NCBI GenBank assembly: GCA_017993615.1
Contig: JAGOMJ010000001.1
Location: 25,425-89,424 of the forward strand
DNA: 64,000 nt
DNA from: Smithella sp.
Lineage (GTDB): Bacteria; Desulfobacterota; Syntrophia; Syntrophales; Smithellaceae
Reading direction: 5' to 3'
Both the position numbers and the translations under genes were made by a program. The stretch's first letter is position 1, and each line of letters opens with the position of its first letter. Shown here in pieces: positions 10,291 through 20,114 of the stretch. Under the pieces are notes generated by a model, which saw only the letters and a program-made list of their open reading frames with translations, was not told the origin of the DNA and did no database searches.

Positions 10291-11229
10291 TCAGCTCAGC
10301 GAGTTTCCAATCTTCAGGTGATAGCCGCGCAGGAAATCAGCAATGGGCATTCTTTTCTTTCCCGCCAGTTGAACGTCTTTTACGATCACATAGCCGTCGG
10401 CGGTTGCGACAGACAAACTGTCGGCTTCGATCGCGCAGATGGTTCCGGGGGGCTGCTGTACGTTTTCATGACGGGCAACCGCACTGAAAATTTTCAGGGG
10501 GAGTCCGTCCATGAATGTGTAGGCGGCAGGCAAAGGGCTCAGCCCCCGAATGAGATTGACAATGTCCGATGCGTTGCTGGTCCAGAGAATTTTTCCCGTT
10601 TCTCTTGTCAACCGCGGTGCGAACGTTACGCCGGAGGTTTCCTGTTTTTGCCGGCTGGCGGTTCCGCTGATCACCTGGTCAATTGTTTGAATCAGCAGCG
10701 CAGCGCCCAGTTTCGCGAGACGATCGTGAAGCTCGCCGAAATTTTCTTCGCAGTCCAGTTGTGATTCTTCCTGCAGAAGAATATCGCCGGAATCCATTCC
10801 TTCGTCCATCAGCATAATCGTGACCCCGGTTTTTTTTTCGCCGTTGATGATCTGCCAGTTGATCGGCGCCGCGCCGCGATACCGGGGCAGCAGGGAAGGG
10901 TGGATATTGAGGCAACCCAGCCGCGGATATTCTATAACCGATTTGGGCAGAATCTGTCCGAACGCCGCAACCGTGATCATGTCCGGATGGAGTTGCTGCA
11001 GCAACTCCATAAAAGACGGATCTTTTACTTTCTCCGGTTGATAAACGTTCAGACCGAATTCCTGAGCCAGAATCTTGACCGGCGAGGCAATTTCTTTCAG
11101 CCCTCTTCCTTTCGGGCGGTCGGGCTGGGTGACAACACCGGCAATCGGATAGCGCTGTCCATGCAGGAGGCGCAAAGCCGGAAGAGCGAATGCGGGCGTG
11201 CCCATAAAAAGAATGCGAGGGTTGGTCAT
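10291..11229 (-). CDS. fmt: Methionyl-tRNA formyltransferase
   Basis: ILFMGTP...VVTQPDRPKGRG and NIHPSLLPRYRGAAPI motifs. Confidence 0.93.
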   Translation of the reverse strand: MTNPRILFMGTPAFALPALRLLHGQRYPIAGVVTQPDRPKGRGLKEIASPVKILAQEFGLNVYQPEKVKDPSFMELLQQLHPDMITVAAFGQILPKSVIEYPRLGCLNIHPSLLPRYRGAAPINWQIINGEKKTGVTIMLMDEGMDSGDILLQEESQLDCEENFGELHDRLAKLGAALLIQTIDQVISGTASRQKQETSGVTFAPRLTRETGKILWTSNASDIVNLIRGLSPLPAAYTFMDGLPLKIFSAVARHENVQQPPGTICAIEADSLSVATADGYVIVKDVQLAGKKRMPIADFLRGYHLKIGNSLS

Positions 11230-11459
11230 CGGGAAAATATCCTTTATTTTTTTAATGTAAACACATATACAAAATCATCGGGATTGCTCTTCCTGTCCGC
11301 ACATGGCGGGATGGCTCAATTGCAAATTTCGATATACGTTGTTTTCGAAATTTTAGTCTCATAATCCCTGCAAGGTGTCAAGGATTACGAATTATTAGGG
11401 GTAAGATTATCATTACTCGCACTAAACATACCCTCGCGAAATTACCGCGGGATTTCCGT

Positions 11460-12608
11460 TTGTTTCTGGCGGCGACCTTTCTGTTTGGCTTTTCGCAGAG
11501 TATTGTTGATTCCACATTCAATAATTTTTTGAATGAAACGTATCTGATCGATAATCTGCAGCGGGGCATTTTGGAAATTCCCCGCGAATTGCCGGGACTT
11601 CTGGTCGTTGCGGTTTCCGCGATTGTATTTTTTCTGTGTTCACGGAGACAGGCAGCGCTGGCCAATCTCCTGTGTGCCTTCGGCATTCTACTCATCGGAT
11701 TTTATTCGCCGAACTTTTCCGTTATGCTGATCTGGCTTTTCATCTTCAGTATCGGACAGCATTTGTTTCTGCCGTTGAACCAGAGCATAGGCATGGAACT
11801 GGCAGTCAAGGGACAAACCGGCAGGAGGCTGGGACAGTTCAGTGCCGTTGCCAATGTGGCAATGATTATCGGCAGCTTCTCCATCTTTGTCGGGTTTCAA
11901 TATTTTGATCTGGACTTCAAGACATCATACTTTGCGGCTTTTCTCGGATTCAGTTCCGTTGCGGTTTTGATCTTCATGATGAAGAAAGACGAACCGGTTC
12001 CCGTGAGGATGAAATTCAACCTGCGCAAGGAATATACGCTTTACTACTGGCTGACCATTTTGTACGGAACACGCAAACAATTGTTTCTGACCTTTGCGCC
12101 CTGGGTGCTGGTAACCGTCTTTCATCAGAAAACGCAGGTGGTGGCAACGCTGCTGACCGTCGGCTGTGTGATCGGCATATTTTTCAAGCCCATGCTCGGT
12201 AAGGCGATCGACAAACTGGGCGAGCGACTGATTCTCGCGTCAGAGGCGGTTATACTCGTTTTTGTCTGCATCGGTTACGGTTTTTCGAAAAGTATTTTTA
12301 CGGAGACCACGGCGCTCTACGCAGTGTTTGTCTGTTACATTGTCGATCAGATGCTGGCGGCGGTATCGATGGCGCGGGCGACGTATCTGCAGAAAATAGC
12401 CGTCAGACCGGAAGATGTTTCGCAAACGCTGACCATGGGCGTCAGTATTGATCATATCTTTTCCATTGGCATAGCGGTGCTCGGCGGTTTTATATGGCTG
12501 AAGTTTGGCTATCAGTATTTATTTTTGACCGGTGCGGTGATTGCCGTGCTGAATTTTTTTTCCGCCTTGCAGATCAAAACAAAAACGGAAAAACTGACGA
12601 CCCCTTAA
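11460..12608 (+). CDS. MFS transporter (start uncertain)
   Basis: About 12 TM segments. The frame stays open upstream (..AKLPRDFRLFLAAT..) without a canonical start codon, so the TTG at 11460 is used. Confidence 0.7.
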   Translation: MFLAATFLFGFSQSIVDSTFNNFLNETYLIDNLQRGILEIPRELPGLLVVAVSAIVFFLCSRRQAALANLLCAFGILLIGFYSPNFSVMLIWLFIFSIGQHLFLPLNQSIGMELAVKGQTGRRLGQFSAVANVAMIIGSFSIFVGFQYFDLDFKTSYFAAFLGFSSVAVLIFMMKKDEPVPVRMKFNLRKEYTLYYWLTILYGTRKQLFLTFAPWVLVTVFHQKTQVVATLLTVGCVIGIFFKPMLGKAIDKLGERLILASEAVILVFVCIGYGFSKSIFTETTALYAVFVCYIVDQMLAAVSMARATYLQKIAVRPEDVSQTLTMGVSIDHIFSIGIAVLGGFIWLKFGYQYLFLTGAVIAVLNFFSALQIKTKTEKLTTP

Positions 12609-12646
12609 TATCAAAGTGGTCAAGAACATTCTGAGGAGATCAACAC

Positions 12647-13153
12647 ATGAAGAAAATAAAAGTAACTGTCAATGATTTAATGCAGCAGAATTATGTTTAT
12701 TATCTTCAGGAGCCGGTCGGGAAAAACTTTCATCCGCAATTTACCCCTGATTTAACGCCAGGAAAAATGCTGGAAATGGGCGTATTCGGCGGAAAATATA
12801 TGACCGATTGCAAGGATGAGTTTCCGAAACGCTGGTTTACTCGCGCGAAGCTTTGTCATGAACGACATGACCCCGATCTGAATTATTTCGGTGTAACCGC
12901 TTCACAGCCTTTATCCGTCTGGCGTGAAAAGGGCTGGATCTATCATGAAGATCCCCGTGGCTGGTTTCAATGGTATTGCCGGTATTATATGGGCCGGCGA
13001 TGTTCCGATGATGAACGGCAGATTAAAAGATGGAAAGCGATGAAGAGACACATTTCTCAAATCAGGAAACATTGTCAAAAAGGCGATATCAACTGCCGTC
13101 CCAGACAAAGGCAGGCGCTGCTGAACTGGGCTTACGATAGCAGAAACATTTAG
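12647..13153 (+). CDS. Hypothetical cytosolic protein, Trp/Cys-rich, family not recognised
   Basis: 168-aa ORF with GAGGAG 7 nt upstream of the ATG. Confidence 0.5.
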   Translation: MKKIKVTVNDLMQQNYVYYLQEPVGKNFHPQFTPDLTPGKMLEMGVFGGKYMTDCKDEFPKRWFTRAKLCHERHDPDLNYFGVTASQPLSVWREKGWIYHEDPRGWFQWYCRYYMGRRCSDDERQIKRWKAMKRHISQIRKHCQKGDINCRPRQRQALLNWAYDSRNI

Positions 13154-13219
13154 GGATCGAGTTGTAATCATTATTTTCACAGACTAAAACGCACAGACCA
13201 TTTCTTTTATGAGGGATAT

Positions 13220-13678
13220 ATGACGGAAACATGGTTACGAATAACCAATCCGGACAATCCGCCGAATGATGCTATGCTGAGTGCATGGATAGGCAATAAA
13301 GCGTACAAGTACTTGCAGCAGGTTACAAAACTCATTGTGGCGCTATATCCCGATGTCTTTGTGCCGGAATGGATCTATGGCGGGAAAAAGCACGGCTGGT
13401 CGCTCCGCTATAAGAAAAGCAAATCGTTTTGCACCTTGATTCCGGAGAAGAGTCGTTTTGCGCTGCTCATTGTTTTCGGTGCACAAGAACGGGCAAACCT
13501 TGAGACCGTCAAAGACAGACTTTCGCAACACACCCGAAGGGACTACGATCGGGCGGCAACGTATCACGACGGGAAATGGCTGCTTCTCCCCGTCGATAAT
13601 GATCAGGTCGTAGAAGATCTGAAAATTCTTCTGGCTGTAAAACGCAAGCCTCTGACGGCGGAATGCATAATCAAATAA
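13220..13678 (+). CDS. DUF3788-like protein
   Basis: 152-aa ORF. The WSLRYKKSKSFCTL region resembles the DUF3788 family (from memory). Confidence 0.5.
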   Translation: MTETWLRITNPDNPPNDAMLSAWIGNKAYKYLQQVTKLIVALYPDVFVPEWIYGGKKHGWSLRYKKSKSFCTLIPEKSRFALLIVFGAQERANLETVKDRLSQHTRRDYDRAATYHDGKWLLLPVDNDQVVEDLKILLAVKRKPLTAECIIK

Positions 13679-13749
13679 CCTGATAAATTATCTTGAGACA
13701 CGTGGTATACCCATGCATGGCTCCTTTGCAATCGCCCGAATTTCTTCCG

Positions 13750-13778
13750 TTGACACAAGTAGTCCCTTTCCCTATACT
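13750..13778 (+). promoter_or_regulatory. Sigma70-type promoter: TTGACA, 17-nt spacer, TATACT
   Basis: Consensus -35 (13750-13755) and near-consensus -10 (13773-13778), about 32 nt upstream of the crotonase ATG. Confidence 0.6.
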
Positions 13779-13810
13779 CCTAACATTACTATCTTAAAGG
13801 AGTACCTTCC

Positions 13811-14593
13811 ATGACGATCAATATTAAAACAGAAGAGCATATTATGCTCATTGAAATCGACCGGCCTCAAAAATACAATGCCATGACGCGCGAAATGTAC
13901 ACGCAGCTCGCTCGGGCCTATTACAGACTGGATCGCGATGATGATTTATGGGTCGGGGTGGTTTATGCCAACGGACCGCATTTTACCTCCGGTCTGGAAC
14001 TGACCGACTGGTCGGATGTCTTTGGCAGCGGAGCGGGTTTCCCGTTGAGCGGAGAAAATGAAATTGATCCTTTTTATATGATGAATGAAGAACGTTGCCG
14101 AAAACCGCTTATTTATGCGGTGCAGGGGTATTGCTTCACATGGGGGCCGGAAGTGATGCTCAACGCGGATATTCGCGTGGCGGCATCCGATACCAAGTTT
14201 GCCATGCTGGAAGTGCGCCGCGGATTTTTCCCGTGCGGTGGCGCAACAATCCGGTTAGCCAGAGATATCGGCTGGTCCAACGCCATGCGCTATCTTTTAA
14301 CCGGCGACCAGTGGAGTGCCGAAGAAGCCTATCGGATGGGGCTGGTTCAGTATGTCACCGAAACCGGCAAGCAACTGGAAAAGGCGATGGAGCTTGCGCG
14401 AAAAGTAGCCAGTGCCGCACCCTTGGGTGTGCGTAACATTTTGCAAAACGCGCGCCTGGCGGAAAGAGAAGGAGAACAGGCGGCGAAAAAGGTTATTTAT
14501 CAGGAAGTATCCAAAGTGATGAAGAGCGAAGATATGAAGGAAGGCCTGCAATCCTTCATCGAACGCCGCGCAGCGGTTTTCAAAGGGAAATGA
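13811..14593 (+). CDS. Enoyl-CoA hydratase/isomerase (crotonase) family protein
   Basis: 260-aa ORF with crotonase-fold length and motifs (YANGPHFTSGLEL, GGATIRL). Confidence 0.85.
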   Translation: MTINIKTEEHIMLIEIDRPQKYNAMTREMYTQLARAYYRLDRDDDLWVGVVYANGPHFTSGLELTDWSDVFGSGAGFPLSGENEIDPFYMMNEERCRKPLIYAVQGYCFTWGPEVMLNADIRVAASDTKFAMLEVRRGFFPCGGATIRLARDIGWSNAMRYLLTGDQWSAEEAYRMGLVQYVTETGKQLEKAMELARKVASAAPLGVRNILQNARLAEREGEQAAKKVIYQEVSKVMKSEDMKEGLQSFIERRAAVFKGK

Positions 14594-14649
14594 TCCATCC
14601 GTTCAATGATGTGATGCGATAACTTCTGAAGAAAATGCGAGGAAGATAA

Positions 14650-15222
14650 ATGGATCCGACTTTTTTTAATGCCGGAGTATTCAAATTTGTTATTCTGCCC
14701 CTGCTGATTTTTTCCACGCGTATCTGCGATGTGACGCTCGATACGTTACGCATTATTTATGTGTCGCGTGGACTAAAATTATTGGCAGCGTCCATCGGAT
14801 TTATTGAAGTTCTGATCTGGTTGTTTGCTATTACTCAAATTTTCAAGAATCTGACAAATCCTATTTACTATGTCGCGTATGCGGGCGGTTTTGCGATGGG
14901 CAATTATGTCGGGATTTTAATTGAAGAAAAAATGGCAGTTGGCACTGTCGTGATCCGAACCATTACACAGAAGGATGCTGGGGTATTAATTAAATGGCTA
15001 AAGGCGGAGGGATATGGCGTTACATACATAGACGCCCAGGGCGCTTTTGGTCCTGTAAAAGTTCTTTTTACAATTGTAAAAAGAAAAGATATTGATCATG
15101 TTCTGGGGATGATCCGCACGTGTAATCCGTTGGCATTTTATACTATTGAAGACATTCGTTCCTCCAGCAAGGGAGTATTCCCGATTGTTAAATCCAGGAA
15201 GAACAGATACAAAGAACCGTAA
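14650..15222 (+). CDS. UPF0316 / DUF2179 membrane protein
   Basis: Three N-terminal TM helices plus a C-terminal DUF2179-like domain. Confidence 0.65.
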   Translation: MDPTFFNAGVFKFVILPLLIFSTRICDVTLDTLRIIYVSRGLKLLAASIGFIEVLIWLFAITQIFKNLTNPIYYVAYAGGFAMGNYVGILIEEKMAVGTVVIRTITQKDAGVLIKWLKAEGYGVTYIDAQGAFGPVKVLFTIVKRKDIDHVLGMIRTCNPLAFYTIEDIRSSSKGVFPIVKSRKNRYKEP

Positions 15223-15297
15223 CAGAAGCGCTGAGAATAAAAGTGTTTAATGTGAAGAAATATTTTCAGAAAAAGTTAGTCGTGAAGGATAGAGTCA

Positions 15298-15501
15298 ATG
15301 GAATGTAAAAAAGAAAAAAATCTCGATAATTGCAATTGCACCTATGAGCCCTGCAGCAGAAAGGGGGCCTGTTGTGACTGCCTGTCTTATCACTTGAAGC
15401 AGAGGCAACTGCCCGCCTGCTGCTTTCCGAAGGACGCGGAAAAAACCTACAACAGGTCTTTTGAATATTTTACCGAACTGGTATCGCAGCGCCGGATATA
15501 A
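15298..15501 (+). CDS. Cys-rich small protein, DUF6485-like
   Basis: 67-aa ORF containing CNCTYEPCSRKGACCDCLSYH. Its 3' end is repeated at 16881-16960. Confidence 0.6.
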   Translation: MECKKEKNLDNCNCTYEPCSRKGACCDCLSYHLKQRQLPACCFPKDAEKTYNRSFEYFTELVSQRRI

Positions 15502-15628
15502 AAAGCATGATGTTCCTGCAAGGGAAGCACGTGAAGTCTTATCGGGAGGCAGGTATTTATGATGCCGCTGACGATGTTTGTTGAAATCGCCGCAATTTTG
15601 AGTTTCACAATCGTGATCTTCACTGGAA

Positions 15629-16624
15629 TTATGACGATAAAATAAACGCAGCCAGGGAAAAGTAAACAATCACTGTGCAGATATCGGCCAGCGCCAGCGT
15701 CAGGGGTCCGGAAGCGACGTGAACGTCAAGTTTTAGTTTGTGCAAGGAATAAGGGAGGCTCACACCCAAAAAACATGCAAAGAGCAACGACGTTAAAATT
15801 CCTGATGAAATTATCAGGCCGGCCGTAAAATCGTTTTTCCATACAACAACGATAAATCCGACAATAAACGCGCAGGCCAAAGCCATTAAAAACGTGCGCG
15901 TCAGTTCCCTTTGCATTGTTTGGAAATACCAGCCGGATTCTGCTTTACTATGATGCATGGAATGAACCGTTATGGCCATGGTCTGCATGGAGACGCTTTC
16001 GCCCAGGCCTAAAACCAGCGTCAGAAAGAAAGCCAAAACCAGGCTTTGCGCCAGCGTGGCCTCGAAAAAACCCACCAGCAGCGCGCAAACAGTGCCGCTG
16101 GTAATGGTAGCCAAAAGCCAGGGGAAGCGATAACGGAAAACGCTCCAGGGCGACTTGTGTCGCACTTCGGAAATTTTAATACCAAGAGTATCAAACACGC
16201 TGTGCACCTGTCCCTGCTCCTCGATATCAATCATTTCCTCGGTAAACACGTTGATATCGATAACCCCCAGCATTTTTTCATGGTCATCAGTGATTGGAAA
16301 CGCCAGATAACGGTGAAAAATAAAAAATTCCAGCGCTTCCACTAAGGTTGCGCTGGCGGGGATTACAACAAGATTTTTTGACATGATTTCTTCAATTTTT
16401 ACATCCAACGGAGACGTCAGGAGTCTTCTTGTCTGGATTGTTCCGACCAAACGGGCTTTGCCATCAAGAACATAAAAATAAAGAATGGTGGATTGTGTCT
16501 GGCAGTTGCGGATACAATCCAATGCCTCACCCACGGTATTGTCGCTATAGATAGACACAAAATCTGTGCTGGCGTGTTTCATCACGGGGTCATTGAGATC
16601 TTCTATTTTTATGGAATGATCCAT
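15629..16624 (-). CDS. MgtE-family divalent-cation transporter (CBS pair + MgtE TM domain, no MgtE_N domain)
   Basis: Tandem CBS region followed by 5 TM segments, with the ESVSMQT and ASGPL..ALADI motifs typical of MgtE. Confidence 0.75.
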   Translation of the reverse strand: MDHSIKIEDLNDPVMKHASTDFVSIYSDNTVGEALDCIRNCQTQSTILYFYVLDGKARLVGTIQTRRLLTSPLDVKIEEIMSKNLVVIPASATLVEALEFFIFHRYLAFPITDDHEKMLGVIDINVFTEEMIDIEEQGQVHSVFDTLGIKISEVRHKSPWSVFRYRFPWLLATITSGTVCALLVGFFEATLAQSLVLAFFLTLVLGLGESVSMQTMAITVHSMHHSKAESGWYFQTMQRELTRTFLMALACAFIVGFIVVVWKNDFTAGLIISSGILTSLLFACFLGVSLPYSLHKLKLDVHVASGPLTLALADICTVIVYFSLAAFILSS

Positions 16625-16880
16625 GCGATGCCTTTCCTGTATAGAATCAGAATAACCTCAATGTTGAATATATACGGCTTTTTTAACTAACACAAACCAT
16701 TTCATTTATCAGATATTAATCATGATTAATACGGCTCATCAGAACGCTGAAGAATGATATAGCTTTTAAGTATAAAATTAAGAAGCGGAAAAGTCCCTGT
16801 GACAATCTTCTGCGCCTTATGGAATTGCATGACAACAGTGACGCTATCGTCTGAGATGGCGAAACGGGGTTGACGATGCT

Positions 16881-16960
16881 CTTTCCCGATGGATGCGGAA
16901 AAAACTTACAACAGGTCTTTTGAATATTTTAGCCAACCGGTATCGCAGCACCGGATGTAG
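16881..16960 (+). pseudogene. Decayed 3' fragment of a second DUF6485-like gene
   Basis: Translates as AEKTYNRSFEYFSQPVSQHRM*, against AEKTYNRSFEYFTELVSQRRI* at 15438-15501. High nucleotide identity by eye over about 70 nt. The upstream part is deleted or frameshifted. Confidence 0.6.
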
Positions 16961-16980
16961 AAAAAAGCCGTTTTCAAATG

Positions 16981-18708
16981 TTATTTCTTTCTTGTTTTTT
17001 TCGAAACCGTTTCGTTCTGTTGAAATGCTTTGTCATATAGAATACGTCGGACGGTTTCTCTGTGTTCAGCAGCCATAACGCAGGCCATCTGATCGGCTGC
17101 CGTGACCACTTCTGACAGGGCAACGCCGACTTCGGCTTCACCGGCCGCAACCACGGTAGCGCCTGCTTGACGCAGAGCGGCTGCGTCACGGAGATGAGCG
17201 CAACGCACCATGATTTGCAAATCAGGATTGAGAAGACGCGCGTTCTTGATGATCTCGGAAGCGTCTTCAATGTCGGTGCTGATAATCAGGCTGCCGGCTG
17301 TTGCGATGCCCGCATCTTCGAGCGTTCCCGGACGCAGAACATCACCGTATATGGCCTTGTATCCCTGGGCGTTCAGTTGGCGAACCGATTTCAGGTTGAG
17401 GTCGATAACCGTGATCTCGTTGCCGCGTTCCGTCAGAAGATTGTGAACGATTTGTCCGATGGGACCGTAGCCGATGAGGATGCAGTGACTGGGATTAACT
17501 GTTTGCGGTTGACTTTTGACCACCGGAAGGGCTTTATTTGTCTTTGAAGACAACCGGCGTGCCCAGCGGTAGACATAAGGATTCAACGCGATCGAGATGA
17601 TGGAGGCGGCGACCAGCGCATTCCATCCGGCATCGTTGATGATTTTGAGTTGAAGAGCGACTGTGCCGAGAATAAAACTGAATTCTCCAACCTGCGAAAA
17701 GGCGGCTCCGATGGGGATAGCCGCAGCCAGAGGCTGGCCAAGCATCCGAACCGTCAAAGCGGCGGCAAGCGGCTTGATAATAACGACCACAAGGAGCACA
17801 GTTGCGATAACGAAAGGCACCTGTATAAGACTCAGCGGATCGAACAGCATCCCGACGGAAACGAAGAAGAGCACTGCAAAAGCGTCGCGCATCGGCAGGG
17901 CGTCGATGCCCGCCCGCGCGGCAAATTCGGAACGCCCCACGGCCAGACCGGCAAGAAAAGCGCCAAGGGCCATCGAAACGCCAAACAGTTTTGCGGAACC
18001 GACGGCAATCCCAACGGCCAGAACCAGCACGGCAAGCGTAAAGAGTTCCCGGGACCGTGTTTTGGCGATGCGTTCCAACGCCCATGGAATAATCCATTTC
18101 CCGAGAACCACGACAATAGCCAACAGTCCGACAATCTTTATTCCGGCCAATCCGAGAACGGCTCCAATGTTCTGATCCATGCTTCTGTCCGGGGAGAAAA
18201 TAATGGGCAGAAGAAGCAGGAGTGCAACGGTGAGAATGTCTTCTACAACGGTCCAGCCGATGGCGATGTGCCCGATCTTGGCGTGCAGATCATGCCATTC
18301 CGTCAGTACCATGGCCATGACTACCGTGCTGGCCACCGAAATAGCCATGCCCAGGATGAATCCGGATGCCCAGTCCCAGCCCATGAAATGCAGCAAGACA
18401 GCCAGGGCGGATGTGGACAAGGTGCTTTGAATCAACGCGCCCGGGACGGCTAAACGCCATACCGCGATCAGTTCACGCAGATGAAAACGTAATCCGATTC
18501 CGAAGAGCAGCAGGATCACGCCGATTTCCGCAAACTGCTCCGCAATGGTCCGGTTGACGACAACACCGGGAGTGAAAGGACCGACGATAATGCCTGCCAG
18601 CAGATAACCGATGATGGGAGATAATTTCAGACGGACGGCGATATATCCGAAGAAAAGAGCGGCAGCAAGTCCAACAGCAAAGGTTATCAGAACGCTCAAT
18701 TCATCCAT
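16981..18708 (-). CDS. CPA2 monovalent cation:proton antiporter with C-terminal RCK/TrkA-N domain (Kef/YbaL-like)
   Basis: 575 aa. About 12 TM segments followed by the Rossmann motif ILIGYGPIGQ. Confidence 0.85.
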   Translation of the reverse strand: MDELSVLITFAVGLAAALFFGYIAVRLKLSPIIGYLLAGIIVGPFTPGVVVNRTIAEQFAEIGVILLLFGIGLRFHLRELIAVWRLAVPGALIQSTLSTSALAVLLHFMGWDWASGFILGMAISVASTVVMAMVLTEWHDLHAKIGHIAIGWTVVEDILTVALLLLLPIIFSPDRSMDQNIGAVLGLAGIKIVGLLAIVVVLGKWIIPWALERIAKTRSRELFTLAVLVLAVGIAVGSAKLFGVSMALGAFLAGLAVGRSEFAARAGIDALPMRDAFAVLFFVSVGMLFDPLSLIQVPFVIATVLLVVVIIKPLAAALTVRMLGQPLAAAIPIGAAFSQVGEFSFILGTVALQLKIINDAGWNALVAASIISIALNPYVYRWARRLSSKTNKALPVVKSQPQTVNPSHCILIGYGPIGQIVHNLLTERGNEITVIDLNLKSVRQLNAQGYKAIYGDVLRPGTLEDAGIATAGSLIISTDIEDASEIIKNARLLNPDLQIMVRCAHLRDAAALRQAGATVVAAGEAEVGVALSEVVTAADQMACVMAAEHRETVRRILYDKAFQQNETVSKKTRKK

Positions 18709-18907
18709 CGCTTATCCCTTTAAGAAAAAATGTTTGAAAAAGACATGATGTTGTTATTTCCCGCATTAGAGGCGTCAATGCTGTGACTGAGAAAAGATAA
18801 AAAAACACTACAATCTAACTATAATAATTTATAAGAAAAATCAATTTTTTTAAGTCGTTATCAAACGGTTTTCTTGTACATACGGCGCGCATCTCCGGAA
18901 ATGTTCA

Positions 18908-18936
18908 TTGACATGCATGGTTATGTTAACTATATT
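18908..18936 (+). promoter_or_regulatory. Sigma70-type promoter: TTGACA, 17-nt spacer, TATATT
   Basis: Lies in the 437-nt AT-rich intergenic region upstream of the usp gene. It would give a leader of about 200 nt. Confidence 0.45.
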
Positions 18937-19145
18937 TGTACAAAAGATGGAATTTGTTCTTCTCATGCACACGCTGCTGCGACGCAATACACATTGATCA
19001 TGATTCATTAGATGGTATAGATCATTTCTCGATTACGATAAAACTTTCGGACCGCGCAGATATCCAGCGATCCCGGTCATTCTTTTAATAAAGCTCTGTT
19101 GACCGCTGAAAAATCTGGAAAGGGCAATAATGAAAGGAGTGATAT

Positions 19146-20078
19146 ATGAAACAATTCAAAAGCATTCTCTATGTCACGGGAGAAAACGGCGATCAGCAAT
19201 CCGCGATTGCGCGCGCCGTGTCACTGGCCGAAAACAATCAGGCTGATTTAACCGTCATCGATGTCATTCCCACGGTGATGGGTGAATATTCCGAAGAAAT
19301 CATGAGTAGCCGGATGCAGTTTTTGGAATCCTTCACCGAACCTTATAATAAACGGTTGGATATTCGAATCAGTGTGGAAACGGGTACGGTTTTTATCGAG
19401 ATCATCCGGGAAGTGCTGCGCAACAAACATAATCTGGTTATTAAGCCGGCGGAGAATCCCGATTTCCTGAAAAGGTTATTCGGAAGCACGGATATTCATT
19501 TGCTGCGCAAATGTCCATGCCCGGTCTGGATTATGAAGTTGCCGGAAAAATCGAATTACAGCTGTATTATGGCGGCTGTTGGTTTTAAGCCGCTGGAAAC
19601 TCCGGAGACGGAAGAAAATCTTAACCGGGAAATTCTCGATTTAGCCAGTTCTCTGGCTCTGTCCGATTTTGCGTCTCTGCATGTGGTTCACGCCTGGGAA
19701 GCATTTGCCGCCCACTACATAAGAAGCCGCGGCGACAAGGAGCACGAAGCCATGGCGGTGTATGTTGAAAAAGAGCGCTCTCTCCATCAGAACGCACTGA
19801 ATGTTCTTATGGAGAAACTGAGCAAACGTGTGGGTGATGATGTTTACCAGGAGCTTTCGCCGAGTCTGCACCTTCTCCAGGGAGATGCACAGAAAATGAT
19901 CGCGGCGTTGGCAGCCAAGCTCCAGGCGGATCTCGTCGTGATGGGCACAATTGCCCGCACCGGTATTTCCGGACTCATCATCGGCAACACTGCGGAAGCT
20001 ATTCTTGACCAACTGGAATGTTCTGTGCTTGCGGTTAAACCGCCCGGATTTGTGACGCCGGTCAAACTTGAAGAATAA
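19146..20078 (+). CDS. Tandem universal stress protein (UspE-like, two Usp domains)
   Basis: 310 aa. GAAAGGAG RBS. C-terminal VVMGTIARTGISGLIIGNTAE motif. Confidence 0.85.
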   Translation: MKQFKSILYVTGENGDQQSAIARAVSLAENNQADLTVIDVIPTVMGEYSEEIMSSRMQFLESFTEPYNKRLDIRISVETGTVFIEIIREVLRNKHNLVIKPAENPDFLKRLFGSTDIHLLRKCPCPVWIMKLPEKSNYSCIMAAVGFKPLETPETEENLNREILDLASSLALSDFASLHVVHAWEAFAAHYIRSRGDKEHEAMAVYVEKERSLHQNALNVLMEKLSKRVGDDVYQELSPSLHLLQGDAQKMIAALAAKLQADLVVMGTIARTGISGLIIGNTAEAILDQLECSVLAVKPPGFVTPVKLEE

Positions 20079-20114
20079 TGCCGGTCCCGTCAGCGGATCC
20101 AGAGGGAGCGCAGA

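Noticed and set aside
11376-11459. Upstream extension of the MFS gene (frame open, ..TKHTLAKLPRDFR..)
   Set aside because: No ATG, GTG or TTG is present in the extension, so the TTG at 11460 is kept. A non-canonical (ATT/ATC) start cannot be shown from sequence.
15559-15645. 28-aa hydrophobic ORF (MMPLTMFVEIAAILSFTIVIFTGIMTIK) with a GGGAGG RBS
   Set aside because: It is plausible as a small membrane peptide. However, it overlaps the 3' end of the convergent MgtE-like gene by 17 nt and cannot be supported further from sequence alone.
16625-16880. Possible Mg2+ (M-box) riboswitch in the leader of the MgtE-like gene
   Set aside because: I could not recognise the conserved M-box core or a convincing multi-helix fold by eye. 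This needs a covariance-model scan (Rfam RF00380) before any claim.
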